From: an uncultured Bacteroidales bacterium | GTDB lineage: Bacteria > Bacteroidota > Bacteroidia > Bacteroidales > GCA-2748055 | Assembly: GCA_963751705.1 (NCBI GenBank) | Contig: CAVVVN010000008.1 | Location: 131,259 to 195,258 of the forward strand | Direction: 5' to 3' | DNA: 64,000 bases | Shown here: positions 62,198-64,000 of the stretch, one piece after another | Layout of the letters: the number at the start of each line of letters is the position of its first letter | Position numbering within the stretch: the stretch's first letter is position 1 | Notes under the pieces: model-generated | Told to the model about the DNA's origin: nothing | Database searches by the model: none | Seen by the model: the letters and a program-made list of their open reading frames with translations, nothing else | Translations under genes and position numbers: made by a program

Positions 62198-64000
62198 TTA
62201 TTTATTGTGTAATAATCCAATACCGGGTATTTCCCCGGGATGTATGATTTGAAATAATTTCAAGTAATCGTTGTTCACAGCAAAAAGGATCCCTTGACTG
62301 CCATCTGCAAGTTTTATTTTTCGAATATTTTTTACCTCTCCTTTTACAAGTAATCCGCTATCGTAAGGCATTACAGATTTAAACGCACCTTGGCCGTCCC
62401 CCAGTAATATCCCCCCAAAACTAGCATCTCCTCTGGGTACTTCCACTTTAGAACCATACAAATTACCTGCATATATCACATCTTCATTCCCATCCCTATT
62501 TAAATCATGTACGACCATGGTATTTAAGGGAGCAATCTGCACAAAATTATCCCCTAAAGGCAAAAGCTTAAACTGTCCATTTCCTATATTTTCCACATAA
62601 GAATGGGCAAAACTTTTAATTTGATAATGTGCTGCCTGTTCTAAATGTTCTGTTGAATAAATATCGGCCAGGCTTGCTGTTGCATAGGAATGAAAATCTT
62701 TAAATTTTATTTTTATGGCAGGAATCTGTTCTGCTGAACCATCTCTGCAATCCACAGGAATCTCTATGCCATCTTCATAGGTACTAAATACAATATCATT
62801 TTTGCCATTGTTATCAAAATCATAGGTATATAGATTAAATGGAGCGTTTTCACTTGCCTGATAATTATAGTTTTTTCCCAGATTTCCCAGAATAAAGTCT
62901 AAATCGCCATCAGAGTCGAAATCATAACTTAACAAACCTAACCACCACCCATTCGTATCCGATAAACCTGCTGATTTACTTTCATTTACAAATTTTCCAT
63001 TATTGTTTTTCAGATAGGTGATTCCCATCCACTCACCGATAATGATTAAATCCTCATGCTCATCCTGATCCAAATCATTCCATAGAGCCTGGGTTACCAT
63101 GCCTAGGTTTAATAAATCCGGAGCGACATCTTTGGTTACATCCACAAATTTGATGCTATCGGTTGAACTTATATTTTGGAGTATGGAACTCTTTGGTGCC
63201 ATGGGGTAATTTCTGGGGATCATTCTTCCTCCGACAAACAGGTCCAAATCTCCATCCTTATCATAATCTGCAGGAACAACTACAGATCCACTTTCTGTCA
63301 TCTTTGGGAGAGCAGTTATTTCTTTTTTAAAAACACCGTCTCCTTGATTCATATAAAATTTATCCTGGTAATAACTATCTCCCTTCCTATTCTCATTGCC
63401 TCCACATACCACATAAAGATCTACCAAACCATCCTGGTTAGCATCAAAAAAAGCCGCACTTACATCCTCACTTATTTTATCCTTTTCCCATAGATCGGAT
63501 AATATTTCTGAAAAAGTCCCATCGCTATTTTGCCGAAACATTTTAGCCGAGGATTGGTATGCCCCTCCAACGTAAAAGTCATCTAATCCATCATTATCTA
63601 TATCTGCTACTGCCAGGGCAGGCCCATATTGGGAGGTTTTATAGGGAAGTGCTACCTGATAACGATAGTCATCGAAGGGATTTTCTTCGTGTTTATAGAG
63701 GACGCCTGCCTGTCGGGTAATATCTTTAAATAATTTTTCTTCATCCTCTAGCTTTTCCGTTTGAGGGTACCTTGCGTTTTTATAATCAATCTTTAGCAAT
63801 TGGTTTGTTTTAACTTGATTGAGGACTTGTTCCTTTCCATCTTGCCAGAGCACCTTTATTTTTTCAATTTCTTCTTTTTCCCCTGTTCCAAAATGCACTA
63901 CTGGTTCCACAGATGATTGAAAGCCCCTGGTCAGAGTCATCTCCTGGTATTGCAGTTCCCCACGATCCTCTAACCATACTTTACAACCTATTCCAAAAGC
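62198..64000 (-). CDS. FG-GAP/VCBS-repeat protein with an ASPIC/UnbV-like module (CRTAC1-like), partial: 5' end beyond the window
   Basis: Repeated Ca-binding-type motifs DIDNDGLDDFYVGG, DANQDGLVDLYVV, DYDKDGDLDLFVGG, DFDSDGDLDFILGN, DFDNNGKNDIVFS and DLNRDGNEDVIYAGN. The frame stays open from 63940 to base 64000 (..AFGIGCKVWLEDRGELQYQEMTLTRGFQSSVEPVVHFGTG.., UnbV-like). Confidence 0.75.
   Translation of the reverse strand, partial: AFGIGCKVWLEDRGELQYQEMTLTRGFQSSVEPVVHFGTGEKEEIEKIKVLWQDGKEQVLNQVKTNQLLKIDYKNARYPQTEKLEDEEKLFKDITRQAGVLYKHEENPFDDYRYQVALPYKTSQYGPALAVADIDNDGLDDFYVGGAYQSSAKMFRQNSDGTFSEILSDLWEKDKISEDVSAAFFDANQDGLVDLYVVCGGNENRKGDSYYQDKFYMNQGDGVFKKEITALPKMTESGSVVVPADYDKDGDLDLFVGGRMIPRNYPMAPKSSILQNISSTDSIKFVDVTKDVAPDLLNLGMVTQALWNDLDQDEHEDLIIIGEWMGITYLKNNNGKFVNESKSAGLSDTNGWWLGLLSYDFDSDGDLDFILGNLGKNYNYQASENAPFNLYTYDFDNNGKNDIVFSTYEDGIEIPVDCRDGSAEQIPAIKIKFKDFHSYATASLADIYSTEHLEQAAHYQIKSFAHSYVENIGNGQFKLLPLGDNFVQIAPLNTMVVHDLNRDGNEDVIYAGNLYGSKVEVPRGDASFGGILLGDGQGAFKSVMPYDSGLLVKGEVKNIRKIKLADGSQGILFAVNNDYLKLFQIIHPGEIPGIGLLHNK

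Noticed and set aside
1-64000. A scan for CRISPR arrays, rRNA or tRNA genes, IS elements/transposases and toxin-antitoxin or known defence-system genes.
   Set aside because: I found no short regularly spaced repeats, no tRNA-like cloverleaf candidates in the few intergenic gaps, and no transposase-like ORFs. The only defence-flavoured gene (CHAT) is degraded and has no partner genes.

Overview
The window looks like a chromosomal segment from a Bacteroidota bacterium. Supporting signs are lipoprotein-type signal peptides ending in Cys, TAnnTTTG-like promoter boxes, an Arm-type integrase fold and a GH92-rich glycan locus. No search was run; all family calls rest on motifs read by eye.

Bases 1-10,031 are mixed-strand housekeeping and accessory genes:
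- ttcA-like and mnmD-like tRNA-modification genes
- an FKBP isomerase
- a DUF3127-like protein with an SSB-type DDLPF tail
- an orphan histidine kinase with degenerate ATP-lid boxes
- a TM-TPR protein
- an unannotated 41-aa GG-leader peptide
- a TPR-CHAT gene whose N-terminal half carries at least six lesions
- an intact integrase-fold ORF that lacks the catalytic Tyr/His/Arg residues

Bases 10,088-64,000 hold 28 consecutive minus-strand genes that form one large alpha-mannan-type utilisation island, probably for sulfated alpha-mannan:
- 7 GH92 genes
- 2 colinear GH38 paralogs and 1 divergent GH38-like gene
- 3 Cys-type S1 sulfatases
- 2 paralogous six-hairpin enzymes, 2 TIM-barrel GH-like proteins of unassigned family and a 5-bladed-propeller GH-like protein
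- an MFS/ROK-kinase/long phosphomannose-isomerase module
- a second lyxose-mannose isomerase/PfkB kinase/MtlD-like module

No SusC/SusD pair, regulator, endo-mannanase or sulfatase maturase is visible in the window.

The most unusual content is a sub-cluster at about 48.2-59.2 kb. It contains a beta-propeller/di-haem peroxidase fusion and a 1,250-aa discoidin + TolB-like propeller + three-CxxCH + second-propeller protein. A lipoprotein TIM barrel and a Tat-exported protein of unknown function complete it. This 16.5-kb region is bracketed by the two direct-repeat GH38 genes. Their identity is sharply mosaic: a 953-bp core with 4 substitutions against flanks of about 75% identity, which points to recent gene conversion or recombination.
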